32,619 nucleotides of DNA from an uncultured Erysipelotrichaceae bacterium (GCA_937902945.1 CALEMD010000361.1:1-32619); one strand, 5' to 3'; positions 18,197-29,691 are shown, counted from the stretch's first letter. A program made the numbers and translations. Notes: generated by a model not told the origin, from the letters alone.

Positions 18197-18251
18197 AGGG
18201 AATGTAAAGAAACCTAAAGAGCAGCAATCGGTTTCGATAGTTCCCTTTTTT
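18197..18251 (+). terminator. Probable intrinsic terminator
   Basis: Interrupted stem AGGGAA..GAAACC / GGTTTC..TTCCCT followed by a T-tract. Confidence 0.5.
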
Positions 18252-18323
18252 GATTTTAAAATAATGAACCAAAAGTGTTCTTTCAATATCTTTATACTGT
18301 AGAGAAAATGAGGTGTGGGACTC

Positions 18324-19949
18324 ATGAAAGATAAAGAGTTGAACATTGTTTTTACTGCGCAAAAACAGCAGGAAAATCTATTGCAGGAAACACTGCAGGC
18401 ATATAATAAGGCCGGAAATTTGATCTCAGAATATGTTTTTGAGCAAAAAACAATTCATTTAAAAGATCTGCATTACTATGTTCATACATTGAAGCAGGAA
18501 ACTGGATTGTCCCTGCAGATGCTGCACTCTGCTTCAGCTGAAGTTTTAGAAAAATACAATAAAGATGGTTTTGGCAGTAAAGCATATGCTTTTAATGCCA
18601 ACTCATTAAGTCTTGCAAAACAGGACTTCAATATACTGAAAAGCGGCAAGCTTTCAATAAGAACAGTCAAGGGCCGTGTCTATATTGATGGACAGTATCA
18701 GGCATATAAGGAAATACCTTATACAAATCTATATCTCTGGAATTCTTCGACAGCAGGGAAATCGAGTTTTACAATTTCTTCTAACGATAACAATAAATCG
18801 GCAGAGATTGAAGAGACTCCAAAAGTAAGAATTGTTTCTGTTCCTGCAAACAAAGTATCCGCTTATTCAGGTGCTCCTCATAAGAGAGTGGTCATGGCGG
18901 CAGCTGTTTTGGGAATAGTGATTGAACTTGTATCAATGACTGTCAATCACAGGTCAGATGATAGATTGTATGCTGAATCAATACAGGCATCTGATTCGCA
19001 GATTCAGGCTGTCAATCTGTCAGAACTGATGCTGAATGCAAACAATACAGATTCACAGGATGCGGCAAACCGGATTGAAGTTTTCTCAAGAGATAATGCT
19101 GAAGTGTCAGTAAAATTCATGAACTATCAAGACTTCAATGAAGCTGTTGTGTATGGATCAGAAGCAGAAGCTCCTGCAGATCCGACGATTGAAGGATATG
19201 ATTTTTCAGGCTGGTTTGCAGATGAATCATTGACACGTGAATATGACTTTAATTCTGCTGTGACAAAAGATATGACACTGTTTCCAAAATTCACGGAACA
19301 TGTGTATCAGCATTACGATCTCAGGGAACTGCCGACATATACGTTTGTGTCACAAGTCAGACCGACCGTTGTGCGTATGGGATGTGAATCGGCAGCTTTA
19401 TTGATGGCTCTGAAAACATCTGGACATGCATTGGGTGAATCATATGGTCAGTTCCTGTCAGAACTGCCTATGACATCCACAGATAACCCATATCTTGGTT
19501 TTGCCGGTATTCTATATGGAAATTCTGCTATGACGGATGCAGTTATGCCGAATGTCATTGCTGATTGGGCTCTAGACTATGGCAATGCCCGTGATATTTC
19601 GAAACAAGGTGAGCAGGTTCTGAAAGATGCATTGGCTGCGGGACATCCCGTTGTAGTCTGGACATCAATCCATTTCAGGTCTTCCTCTGCAATCTGGTAT
19701 GATTCTGCATTGCCAGATGATTATAAGGATCCTAAGACAGGCTATTCCGTTAATTGGAATGGCAGTACCGGATCAAATTGGGAGTACAAGACAAGCAATC
19801 ATGTAATGACTCTTCTTGGGTATGATGAGAAACAAGACAGCTGGCTTATCGGAGATCCTGCAGAATGGCTGGGTCCGACTTATTGGGTCAGCAATGATAT
19901 GTTTATGAATTCATGGAACTGCTATCAGGGGGCTGTAGAAGTCTGGTAG
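18324..19949 (+). CDS. Fusion protein: TnpB-like N-terminal lobe + TM + InlB B-repeat (Listeria-Bacteroides repeat) + C39-like cysteine peptidase
   Basis: TATACT 18293, GAGGTG RBS, ATG 18324; TM VVMAAAVLGIVIELVSMTV; B-repeat PTIEGYDFSGWF..YDF...VTKDMTLFPKF; peptidase Q..GCESAALLMAL, GHPVVVW, HVMTLLGYD, IGDP. Confidence 0.8.
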   Translation: MKDKELNIVFTAQKQQENLLQETLQAYNKAGNLISEYVFEQKTIHLKDLHYYVHTLKQETGLSLQMLHSASAEVLEKYNKDGFGSKAYAFNANSLSLAKQDFNILKSGKLSIRTVKGRVYIDGQYQAYKEIPYTNLYLWNSSTAGKSSFTISSNDNNKSAEIEETPKVRIVSVPANKVSAYSGAPHKRVVMAAAVLGIVIELVSMTVNHRSDDRLYAESIQASDSQIQAVNLSELMLNANNTDSQDAANRIEVFSRDNAEVSVKFMNYQDFNEAVVYGSEAEAPADPTIEGYDFSGWFADESLTREYDFNSAVTKDMTLFPKFTEHVYQHYDLRELPTYTFVSQVRPTVVRMGCESAALLMALKTSGHALGESYGQFLSELPMTSTDNPYLGFAGILYGNSAMTDAVMPNVIADWALDYGNARDISKQGEQVLKDALAAGHPVVVWTSIHFRSSSAIWYDSALPDDYKDPKTGYSVNWNGSTGSNWEYKTSNHVMTLLGYDEKQDSWLIGDPAEWLGPTYWVSNDMFMNSWNCYQGAVEVW

Positions 19950-19988
19950 GCTGCTCGCAATAATCAATTTTTGAGGCAAACATTGATA

Positions 19989-20029
19989 GGGACCTGACTG
20001 TTTCAACTGCAGCCAGGTCCCGTTTTCTT
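19989..20029 (+). terminator. Intrinsic terminator between convergent genes
   Basis: GGGACCTGACTG...CAGCCAGGTCCC followed by GTTTTCTT. Confidence 0.7.
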
Positions 20030-20052
20030 ATATAGGCAATGAGGAAAAAGCA

Positions 20053-23000
20053 TTACTTCTTTTTCATAAAATCTTTATAGAAGGCAAAGTTATCCTTGCC
20101 TTGCCGTTTGATGGAATACAGGGCAATATCCGCTCTTTTATAAAGAGACGCAAACGAATCTTTATGATCGGAGCCGATCGTGCATCCGATACTGCAATGC
20201 AGCATCTCTTCATTATGTTCGCCGATTGGACAGCTGGATACCTCCTGAATCAATGAAGCGAAGGAATCGTGTATTGCTTCACTTGCTTCAGAATAGGATA
20301 TCTCAGGCAGGAAGATAATGAATTCATCTCCGCCGGCTCTTCCGAGCAGATCACTCCTGCGGAAGTGCTTTTTCAGAACATGGGCAATAGAACGGATAGC
20401 CCGATCGCCTTGGGCATGTCCCATAGTATCATTGATGCGTTTCAGATTATCAAGATCAAGCAGAGCGAAGATACAGTCTTTTTCACTTGCTTCACTGAGT
20501 GCGGCACGGATCATATGCTCAATGGTACTGCGGTTGTACAGTCCGGTCATGCCATCATTCTCGGCGGCTTTCTGGACCTGCATATAGGCTTCTTTCTTCT
20601 GTGTGCAGTCGCTCAGTGTTACGAACATCTTGATATGCTTTGAATATGGATCTTCAACAAGCTGAATAACTGTATTTACCCATCGGATTTCCTTATGTTC
20701 TGTCAATGCAACAGGGAAATCCTGCTCTATTTCACGGCGGCCATCTGTATACAGAGTTAAGAGATGCTCACGGCTGAAGAAGTCGCGTACCATTTTGCGC
20801 TGCGGAGAGCGGATTGAATAATTAACCATCTTATTAAGAATTTCGGTATGCGTGGCATCGGAGGCAAACGAGAACCGTTTAGGCATCATATCACCGCCGT
20901 ATCTTTCAACAGAATCAGCACTTAAATCACTTTCGAAGTAGAGAATACTGCCCAGCTTGCTAGCGTTGATAGACTGCTGATAGCGGCTGTATACGACTTC
21001 TCTTTCATGCTGAGAAGAGATATCAAGCAAAGAGAATACAGTGCCGTACAGAGCGTGATTCTCCCCATTATCAAGAATAGAAGAGAACTGCATATCAAAC
21101 CATTTTTCTTTGTTCTCGTTATCGAGAATATGAAGTCTCATCTGACCGGATGGCGCATTCTTATCCATCTGTTCGAAGAAATTAAACAGTTCTTCACGGC
21201 AGTCATCATAGACAGTTCCGATTGCGACATTATCTGCATGAAGATTGGTATAGGAATCGCTCAATCCATTCTGAAAGCTCTTTTCACTGTCCAGGGATAC
21301 GGCAGAATGGGTTGAGGCATCATAAAAGTAAATAACACGGTTAGAGTGAGATGCGGCTAGGTTCAGTACTTTTCTGTCTCGGCTCAGCTGTTCAGTGAGC
21401 ATATGCTGTTCACTGCTGTCGAGGTAGATATGCACATATCCTATGCCTCGTTCAGGATCCTGAATCTGATAGGCGGTGTCAGAAAGCCATGTGCTCCGTT
21501 CTTCCTGATGATTGGATAATCAAGAGAATACTTCTTCGGTTGATGGACCATGACATCATTCAGCTTAGCTCTGACCCAATCTCTATCTTTCTCATTTACG
21601 AGAGAACCTGTTTCACTGCGTGTGATTTCCAGCAGTTCTTCGCTGGTGTAGCCAAGCGAAGCTGGCAGGTTGCCAACCATGTATGGTTCATTTTTCTGAT
21701 CCAGATAGGATACTGCGATTAACGCAGGTGCGGTCGCATCAATCAGGTTGCTGAAATACAGACGTTCCTTAAGCTGCTTTGCTGTTTTCTCAAGAGAATC
21801 TTTCAAAGCGGCTTCTTCATTCATCTGATCATCTACGGTACGGGAAAGAGAAATGACAAGCACATCTTCATCATACGGATTGTCAATATGCAGAAGAGTC
21901 GTTTCAACCCAATGCAGCTGATGCTTTTCATCATATTCTTGATAAACCAGTGTCTTGGCTGAATGGCTGTTTTTCCAGAACTGCATCAGAGCTTCTTTGT
22001 TCATGAAAGATAGGTAACGTTCATGCTGTTCTTCAGGAATAGCAGACAGAATCAATGAAACATGATTGTCAAACGATCCCTGCAATGGCTGGCATTGATT
22101 GATAAAGCCATTATTGCGAATCATGTATCCTGTTTCCTTAGTCAGGTTGATTCCCTGTACAAGAGGATAGATTGTAGAGAGAGCCTTCATCATGCTGCTG
22201 TTATGCATGACGTGTTCTTTTCTGTGGTTGAAGACTTCTGTGAAATCGTAATACGTGATAATAGCCCCTTCTGGTTTGGAAAAAGTATCATTGATGGCTG
22301 AGAAGGTGACACTGTACCAGCGTTTTCTTCCGCTCTTCTGACACATATGGATATTCGCATAGCCGTTCTTATAGCCGATATCTATCTGATGGAAGAACTG
22401 CCGCCATTCTGAGATGCTTTCCGGTTCAATTGATCCGTTTGCAATCATCGTCTCAGGCATGTTTTCACACCAGTATGGCATATTGAAATAAGCAGGATCA
22501 CTGCCGCCTTCAGCAACGTGATTCTGAATGTGATAGCGGTAATAGTTGACAGACTCATCAGACAGATAAGTGATTGTGTCCGCTTCACTGTCAGGCAGAT
22601 ACTGTTCAAGATGTTTTTGATTTGTATTATTGGAGTACAGACCAAAGTAGTAAAGTGTTCCATCATCCATAATAAAAGGATGCGCATTCAGGTTGATCCA
22701 GCAGATGATGCCGCTTTTAAGAAGAATTCTTGCATCAATGCTGAAATCAACACGTTCACTGATGCACTTAGACATAATCTTTTCAATGCCGCGGCGGTCA
22801 TCTGAATGCACTCTTGCAAGAAGATCGACCATTCTGTCTGGGACGGTTTCAGAATCAGAATAGCCAAGACACCTTCTAGCCCCGTACTTATGTATTCACG
22901 GATCATATCATTCTTTTCAATTCTGAAGGATGTGAATCCGACTGGTATATTGGATATGATGTTGTTTATATACTGCTGAGAGCGATATGCTTCACTGTTG

Positions 23001-26000
23001 TCTACAATATAGACAAGAACTGCGTTTCTTCCATTCCATTCGATTCTGCTGAAAATGGAACGATAGTGTTTTCCTTCAGAGATGAAATCATTGTATGCAT
23101 TGTCTTTGAAGTCTTCAGAAAGAAGAGGACATTGATCACAAGGCTTGTCATTGTGCATGATGAATTTATAACAGAGGCTGCCGCAGGCTTTCTGTGCAGG
23201 ATCAGTGGAGAACTTCTCACAGGCCGCATTGGCAAAAAGAATCTCATGTGTATCACTGTCGAGAACAGCAAATTTCTGATCGGTTTTGCGGAGTATGGAG
23301 TGATAAATATCATCTTCTGCAGAAAGACTGTAATAGACAGCTTTGAACAGCTGCTTGCCATCCTGACTATCAGATGCTTTTCCGTGCATAGCGATCCAAG
23401 CATATCCGCCATCTTTCTTCCTGATACGCACATTTTCTCTGACTACAGAAGAATTGCTTATTGATTCTTGGACGGTTTTCAGAAGCCGTTCATAATCAGT
23501 CGGCATAAACAGAGACTCTGTTTCATTCTTTGCATAAAATGCGTAGAGTTCCTGCCGCGTATATCCTGATAGAGAGGAAGAATCCTGCGAGAGATAGATC
23601 AGTTTCAATCTGTCCGGCAGTATTTCAAAGGAAGCAGTTCCGCCGGATACAGAATTCAGTATATTCTGCATTTCGTCTGTATTCTGCTTGAGTTTCTGCT
23701 CCATTTTTTTCTGATCATCAATATCTTCCAAAATGGCTGTTATATCTGTCTGTCCATCTGCTGTTTTTGAAGCGGCTCCAGTCATGGACATCCATTTCAA
23801 TTGTTTATTTTTACATTGAATTCTGAATGTACAGGAAATCTTTTTAGTACTCTTATCTAATGCAGCCAATACTCTGCTGCGGTCTTCATGCCAGACGAGT
23901 TCAGAAAAGTGTCTGCTGAATGCATGGCTGAACTCATATTCTGAATAGCCTAATGTCTGCATAAGGGATGGGCTGACATAGGAAAACAGATCTGTATTCA
24001 GAATGAAACGGATTGAATCACCAGGGATGGCACCATTGAGAGCACTCAGACTGTTTTTTAGAAGAACGGTTTCACTGACATCGGTTAGGGTCATATACAG
24101 ATAGATAGAGCCGTCAGTCTCTTTCTACAGGTTGATGATTGTTTTCAGCCAGAACCAGCTTCCGTCTTTTCTTTTGACATGCATAAATGGGATGCTGGAG
24201 GAAGAACTCTCCACAGAGGCATTCATTGCAGAATCACTTGCGGTAGGCATAAGTCCATAGGTCTGCCCATTTTTTACAGCTTGGAAGAATTCTTCCTTGC
24301 TGGCATTGAACAGCTTGCAGCAGGCATCGCTGACATACTGCAAAGAGATGCTTTGATCACTGTCCATCTTATAGACAGCAACGCCAGCAGGAACATTCAT
24401 GAAAATGCTTTTATATAGGCTGTCGCTTAAAGCGGCAGTTTTCTGCTTGGTGATATTTTCAATTGACAGGAACAGCAGATGACCTTCTGCCTTTTTTGAA
24501 AGGTAGCGCATTCTGCACGCCAGCCAGCTGTCTTCGCTGCCATCATTGAAAGGAAGTGTACGTATTTCGCAGTATGATTCTTCCTGAGTATCTATGGCTT
24601 TCTGCAGTGCATCCTGCATGATCGGCCTGCAGCGCGGAGTAATTCTCTGCATCATATCATACAGATATGGATCATAGGTTTCGCGGCTGACTCCTATTAT
24701 TTTAAAGAACATATCATTCAGCCGAAGACCGGATAGAGTATTCTTGGTATATTCAACAATTCCAGCACCGCCTATAAAAGTGTTGAACAGCAATGTGGAT
24801 TGAGGAGTCGCTTCAAGAAAATCAATTGTATCCATTTTCCCGATACGTTCTTTCAAGGCATCGGCATCTGACAGTTCTTTATCAGCAATAAAAGCAAGCA
24901 ATTCAGTCTCAGGCAGAGGCTTAGAAAAGTAATAGCCCTGCATCAGATAGCAGCCAATGCTCTTCAGGTATTCTGCTTCAAATTCTGTTTCTACACCTTC
25001 TGCGACAATCGGCAATCCGATATCATGAACCATTCGCACAACAGAACTGAGTATTTTTCCGCCTTTGTGATTCTCTGCTTTGGTGCCTGTATTGTCGTTG
25101 ATGAAATTCATATCCAGTTTTACAGAGTCTACAGGCATATTCTTCAAAGTGTTCAAAGAAGAATATCCGCTTCCGAAGTCGTCCATCTCAATTCGAAAAC
25201 CGGAGCTGCGCAGTTTTTGAATCACTTCTGACAGCTGTGAAGGATCATCCATATATGCAGATTCTGTAACTTCCAGATTGAGACAGGAAGGGTCTAGATT
25301 ATATTCCTTTATCAGATCGGACAGATACTCTTGGATATCCTGATGATAAAAGTCTTTGCGTGAAATGTTTACAGATATACTAGGTACATTCAGCCCTGCA
25401 TCTTTCCAGCGGCGTATTGCCTGACATACATTCTTCCAAACATATTTATCAAGTTCATAAATGAAGCCGCTCTTTTCAAACACAGGTATGAATACCCCTG
25501 GCGGAATAAGACTGCCAGAAGAGGTTTTCCAGCGCACAAGAGCTTCTGCTTTGACGATAGTATGGGAAGAATAGTTTACGATAGGCTGGTAGTAGATGAC
25601 ATATTCATGATTGTCCAGTGCCGGTTTCATAGCATTGATCAGTTCATGCTCATTGACAAGATCCTTGCGCATGCCTTCGTCATACCAGGCATAAGCGTGC
25701 TGATAGTTCTGCTTCAGTGACTGCAGAGCCATATCGGCTCTGTCACACATTAAACTGACATCTACAGAAGGATCATCGATTGCATAGAGTCCTATGCGTA
25801 CAGAAAAATCAAATTCAGGATCAATCTCATGAAGCAGATTATTGACAGTAGACAGCACTGTATCTGGATTGAACAGTGCTGCTTTTCTAAGAGAGACAAA
25901 GTGTTCAGCATCATATCTGCCAAAGATAACTAAGTCTTTGCTGTCGTCTGCGTTGTTCAAATAGAAAATACCGACTTTGCGCAGATATTCATCACCCGCT

Positions 26001-26593
26001 TTAACGCCGTTAATATCGTTGTACACTTTGAAATTATCAATATCCCAGCGCATCAGAATGAATTTTTCATCAGGATGCTCCTGCAGGTACTGTCTTGTAT
26101 AACGGACAAATGCGTTTCGTGTATACAAGCCTGATTTCTCATCTGTATCGGCAATTTTCAGTTCTCGGCGAACCTGGCGTATGCTTTCGAGTGTCCGAAG
26201 GTCAGAAGAACGTGTCAGAATACTGTCAGCCTTGCATTTCATAACTGCAAGATTGAGAGGTTTGACAAGAACATCGACAGCACCTTACTGCAAAGCCTGT
26301 ATTGTAACCGAGCTTTCAAGACTTGAAGTCATTGCCGCAAGCGGAATAGCCCGCAGTGTACTGTCTTGCTGCATCTGCTGCATAAGCGCAAAGCCACCGC
26401 TGTCAGGCAAAGCAAGATCTATGATAACAAGTGAAATATCATCATGATCATGCAGGATCTGAAGAGTATCCTTAATGTTTGCGGCATCATAAATGATGTA
26501 ATCATCCTGCAGATATTTGCGGATGCTCTGCCGATAATAAAGAGAGTCATCTGCTATCAAAATGGATTTCTTTTTTGTGCTTGATTCTGTCAT
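20053..26593 (-). pseudogene. Giant c-di-GMP enzyme REC-GGDEF(degenerate)-EAL-multiple PAS-GGDEF (~2180 codons), broken into five ORFs
   Basis: REC (ILIADDS, IIDLALP, KP), GRYDAEHF, EALVRW/DDFGSGYSSL/AEGVE/QGY, several PAS folds, RRSD-LLGRA-GGDEF. Lesions: TAA 26285-26287, TAG 24125-24127, frameshifts near 22869 and 21493. Confidence 0.85.
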
Positions 26594-26681
26594 GGCGCCT
26601 CCGCGGAACGTGCGCTTATATTGTAATTCAAATCATATCCTGTTTCTACAGGATACTGAAAAGATACCGTATTCGGTATCT

Positions 26682-26990
26682 TCAGAGTTTTTTAAATTGT
26701 TCTACATCCAGTACAAATATGACTGCGCCGCCTACCGTTACTTCTTTTGTCTTTGACTCTGCCTCACTCTCGGATGGGACTTTCCGCACATGACTGTGGC
26801 TATGGGCCTTAATGATATCAAGGCATTCATCTATCTTTGTGTCTTCAGTGGCAGTTAGGAAAGTAATGTTTCCAGAGTTGAGAAAACCTCCGGTTGTAGC
26901 TAGCTTTGTGACCGCAAAGTCAGCATTGGTCAATGCGTTCTGTACGCCTGGCGCATCTTCTATGGAAAGAACGGAAAGAATCATTTTCAT
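26682..26990 (-). CDS. darA: PII-like cyclic-di-AMP receptor (DarA/PstA)
   Basis: TKLATTGGFL..GN.TF, EVTVGGAVIFVLDVEQF signature. Confidence 0.9.
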   Translation of the reverse strand: MKMILSVLSIEDAPGVQNALTNADFAVTKLATTGGFLNSGNITFLTATEDTKIDECLDIIKAHSHSHVRKVPSESEAESKTKEVTVGGAVIFVLDVEQFKKL

Positions 26991-27003
26991 ATGTATAAGC
27001 TCC

Positions 27004-27573
27004 TTATTGCTTGCTTTCTCTTTTTTGCTTTTTCAATTCTTTGTATTTCTGTTTATCGAGTTTGCGCTGTTTATCTGCTTCTGCCATTCTGATTTCATCA
27101 AGCTTGCGCTTTTCCTTATTCGGAATGATCTTGTACAGAGCTTTATAAACCTTACTTCCGGAAAGAATGGATTCGGCTATGATCTGATCATCGTCAGAGA
27201 TAATATGCAGAGTATCTCCCGATTGATTGCTGCTGGAGATCTGCCACATGGCAATGCGATCATAAGGAATCATCCGGCAGGTTGCAGGATCCTTGTCAAA
27301 TATAACTAAATAGGAACTGTGCAAGGCAAACTGGATTCGATCTTTGTATAGGATAAGAGCTAGAAGAGAAATAATGTCAGTGAACAGTCCCAGCCAGAAA
27401 AGATGCTTAGAAATGATCATGGCGACGCCTATTGCCATCATGACATAGATAATCGTATATGGTTTTGAATGAATCAGCGTTACTGAAGAGCTGTCTTCAG
27501 GCAGTTCGCTTACTGGAATTCTGAAAGGTGTTTCTGATGCGGCAGTTTCTGTGGGTTTGATGTTTTCGCTCAT
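27004..27573 (-). CDS. Hypothetical membrane protein (two TM helices, basic tail)
   Basis: AAAGGA RBS before ATG 27573; hydrophobic IIYVMMAIGVAMII and LFWLGLFTDIISLLALILY. Confidence 0.75.
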   Translation of the reverse strand: MSENIKPTETAASETPFRIPVSELPEDSSSVTLIHSKPYTIIYVMMAIGVAMIISKHLFWLGLFTDIISLLALILYKDRIQFALHSSYLVIFDKDPATCRMIPYDRIAMWQISSSNQSGDTLHIISDDDQIIAESILSGSKVYKALYKIIPNKEKRKLDEIRMAEADKQRKLDKQKYKELKKQKRESKQ

Positions 27574-27604
27574 TTTGGTTTCCTTTGCTTTCCTGCCTAT
27601 TCTA

Positions 27605-28501
27605 TCATTTTGCAGCTTTCCTGACGAATCCATCTGCATTTTTCAGAAGAGTTTCTGCCTCTGTCCTGCTGCAGTTCTTCAATTTCATGACAATGGCAGT
27701 TTTCACGTGACCATTGGCTTCAATTCGCAAGTGCTCAGCTTCCTCTTTTGTGCAGTCAGTCGCAGAAGAGATAATGCTTTCTGCTCTTCTAACAAGCTTT
27801 TCGTTGGTTGGCTTTACATCTACCATCAGATTTTCGTAGACTTTGCCGCATTGAATCATTGCCGAAGTGGAAATCATATTCAGAACCATTTTCTGTGCAG
27901 TTCCGGATTTGAGTCTGGTAGATCCGGTCAGTACTTCCGGTCCGCAGACCGGTTCAATGGCAACATCTGCATGCTGACCGACTAGCGAACCGCTGTTGCA
28001 GGCAACAGCAGCTGTAGCTGCACCGACAGAAGAAGCATAATCAAGGGCACCGATGACATAAGGGGTGCGTCCGCTTGCCGCAAGACCGATAACCATATCA
28101 TTTGCATTGCAGCTGATATTCTGAAGATCTTCTTTTCCAAATTCTGCATGATCTTCAGCGTCTTCTTTTGCTTTAGCCATGGACCCTGCTCCGCCAGCCA
28201 TCAGCCCAACGACCGTATCATTGCTGACGCCAAATGTCGGTGGACATTCTACGGCATCCAGTACACCTAAGCGTCCGCTTGTGCCAGCTCCGCAGTAGAT
28301 CAGCCTTCCGCCTTTTTTCAGGCATTCCGCAGCCATTGCAGAAGCCTTGGCAATAGATGGAAGCTGGTCATGAACAGCTTTGATAATCTGGCTGTCCTGT
28401 TCATTCATCAAAGTACAGATTTCAAGAGGTGTCATTTCGTCTAGATGCATGGAATCGGGGTTTCTTTGTTCAGTGGTCAGTTTTGTTATATCTGTGTTCA
28501 T
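27605..28501 (-). CDS. murQ: N-acetylmuramic acid 6-phosphate etherase
   Basis: TTEQRNP, GAGTSGRLGVLDAVECPPTF, AASGRTPYV, GPEVLTGSTRLKSGTAQKMVLN, NLMVD..TNEKL. Confidence 0.97.
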   Translation of the reverse strand: MNTDITKLTTEQRNPDSMHLDEMTPLEICTLMNEQDSQIIKAVHDQLPSIAKASAMAAECLKKGGRLIYCGAGTSGRLGVLDAVECPPTFGVSNDTVVGLMAGGAGSMAKAKEDAEDHAEFGKEDLQNISCNANDMVIGLAASGRTPYVIGALDYASSVGAATAAVACNSGSLVGQHADVAIEPVCGPEVLTGSTRLKSGTAQKMVLNMISTSAMIQCGKVYENLMVDVKPTNEKLVRRAESIISSATDCTKEEAEHLRIEANGHVKTAIVMKLKNCSRTEAETLLKNADGFVRKAAK

Positions 28502-29670
28502 AGCATTTCCTTTCGGCTGGAGAGGTTTGCCAGCATATCAATCAAGCGCTGCTTGGTATCTTTTGAAAAGGTATCCGTAAACAGTTCATATGTAATTGCG
28601 CTGAAGCCTGGTTCTGTTACATAAGGCGCATATCCGCAGCTGTAGCATACAAGTACTGCCTCATTGTCTTTCAGACAGCTTTGGTACCAGCTGAACAGTT
28701 CACAAGGACAGAATACAAACTTCATACCGCCGATATCCGCACCGGCTAGCAGTATGGCATTCGGCATTGTCTCTTTCTGTTCTTCGAGTTTCTGCCGCAT
28801 GATTTCTCCAGTATGAATTTCAGTTATTTCACGCGGACTGAGATCATCTGGAATATCAGAAAGATCTATCGGCGCAAAGACATGCTTTAGGGATAAGGAC
28901 TCTTCAGCAGCATGAATGAAAGAAAGCGGATGCTTATCTGCAGGCGCATCCATCAGTCGGCTTATTTCCGCATTGAGCAGTGAAGCCATTTCCTCCATGG
29001 CTTCATGATCCTGTGCCTTTCTGGTGAAGCGGGTACTGATATCTCCGGCAGCACCTTGTGCAAAGACAAAGAACTCAGAAGGATACTGAGTCTTAAGCAG
29101 GCTGATCAGAACCCCTGGATATTCACTGCTGAAATAGGGTGTATCAAAACGCAGGATCGTCGGATGACAGTTGTATATGATCACTGTCGCCAATCGAGTG
29201 TCTGCATCATATATGGAGAACAGACTCAGACGTACATCAGCATGGTGATGGCTGATGCGTGATGTGCCAACCTTGTCAAAAGGCTCCTGCGCAAATGACC
29301 AAGACAAAGAATCGTATGTATTGAAAGTCATCTTCTGCATAGCAGCAGTCAGCTGAACGTACAGCTGGTCCATGTACTGCACGTCTTTTGCGTCAGGGGC
29401 AAAGTGCGTATGCGTACAGGAAACAATGACAGCCGCATCTTTGCCGGCTAGCTCTGAAGCCCATTGCTGAAGATGCATCTGCAAAGAGGAAGGAACACCT
29501 AAACTGTCTAAAAAAATCAGGAAAGTGATGCAATCCTCTGTATCAAATGCAAGTATATGCGCATATAGAGGATCTTTCACTTCACATAGAGCAGAAGTCT
29601 GCTGCAGGAAACCTGCAGGACATACAGGCTGCAATGGTGAAATGCAGCATTGTGCAGTTGAAAATCTCAT
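28498..29670 (-). CDS. Neutral/alkaline ceramidase-like metallohydrolase
   Basis: DPLYAH, SCTHTHFAP, YNCHPT, SSEYPG, QGAAGDIS, PCELF; ATGA overlap with murQ. Confidence 0.7.
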   Translation of the reverse strand: MRFSTAQCCISPLQPVCPAGFLQQTSALCEVKDPLYAHILAFDTEDCITFLIFLDSLGVPSSLQMHLQQWASELAGKDAAVIVSCTHTHFAPDAKDVQYMDQLYVQLTAAMQKMTFNTYDSLSWSFAQEPFDKVGTSRISHHHADVRLSLFSIYDADTRLATVIIYNCHPTILRFDTPYFSSEYPGVLISLLKTQYPSEFFVFAQGAAGDISTRFTRKAQDHEAMEEMASLLNAEISRLMDAPADKHPLSFIHAAEESLSLKHVFAPIDLSDIPDDLSPREITEIHTGEIMRQKLEEQKETMPNAILLAGADIGGMKFVFCPCELFSWYQSCLKDNEAVLVCYSCGYAPYVTEPGFSAITYELFTDTFSKDTKQRLIDMLANLSSRKEML

Positions 29671-29691
29671 TCTGGAGTACCTCGCGAATGC

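Noticed and set aside
18203-18220. WalR/OmpR-type direct repeat (TAAAGA twice)
   Set aside because: 10-bp period with a poor second half-site, located inside a terminator stem.
18192-20052. Intact IS200/IS605 element or omega-RNA around the TnpB-like gene
   Set aside because: No tnpA, RuvC or recognisable IS end; the flanking hairpins are explained as terminators. A covariance-model search would be needed to exclude an omega-RNA fully.
13907-26287. Stop-codon reassignment explaining the in-frame TAA/TAG codons
   Set aside because: TAA, TAG and TGA all end intact genes in this window, and the same region also carries frameshifts.
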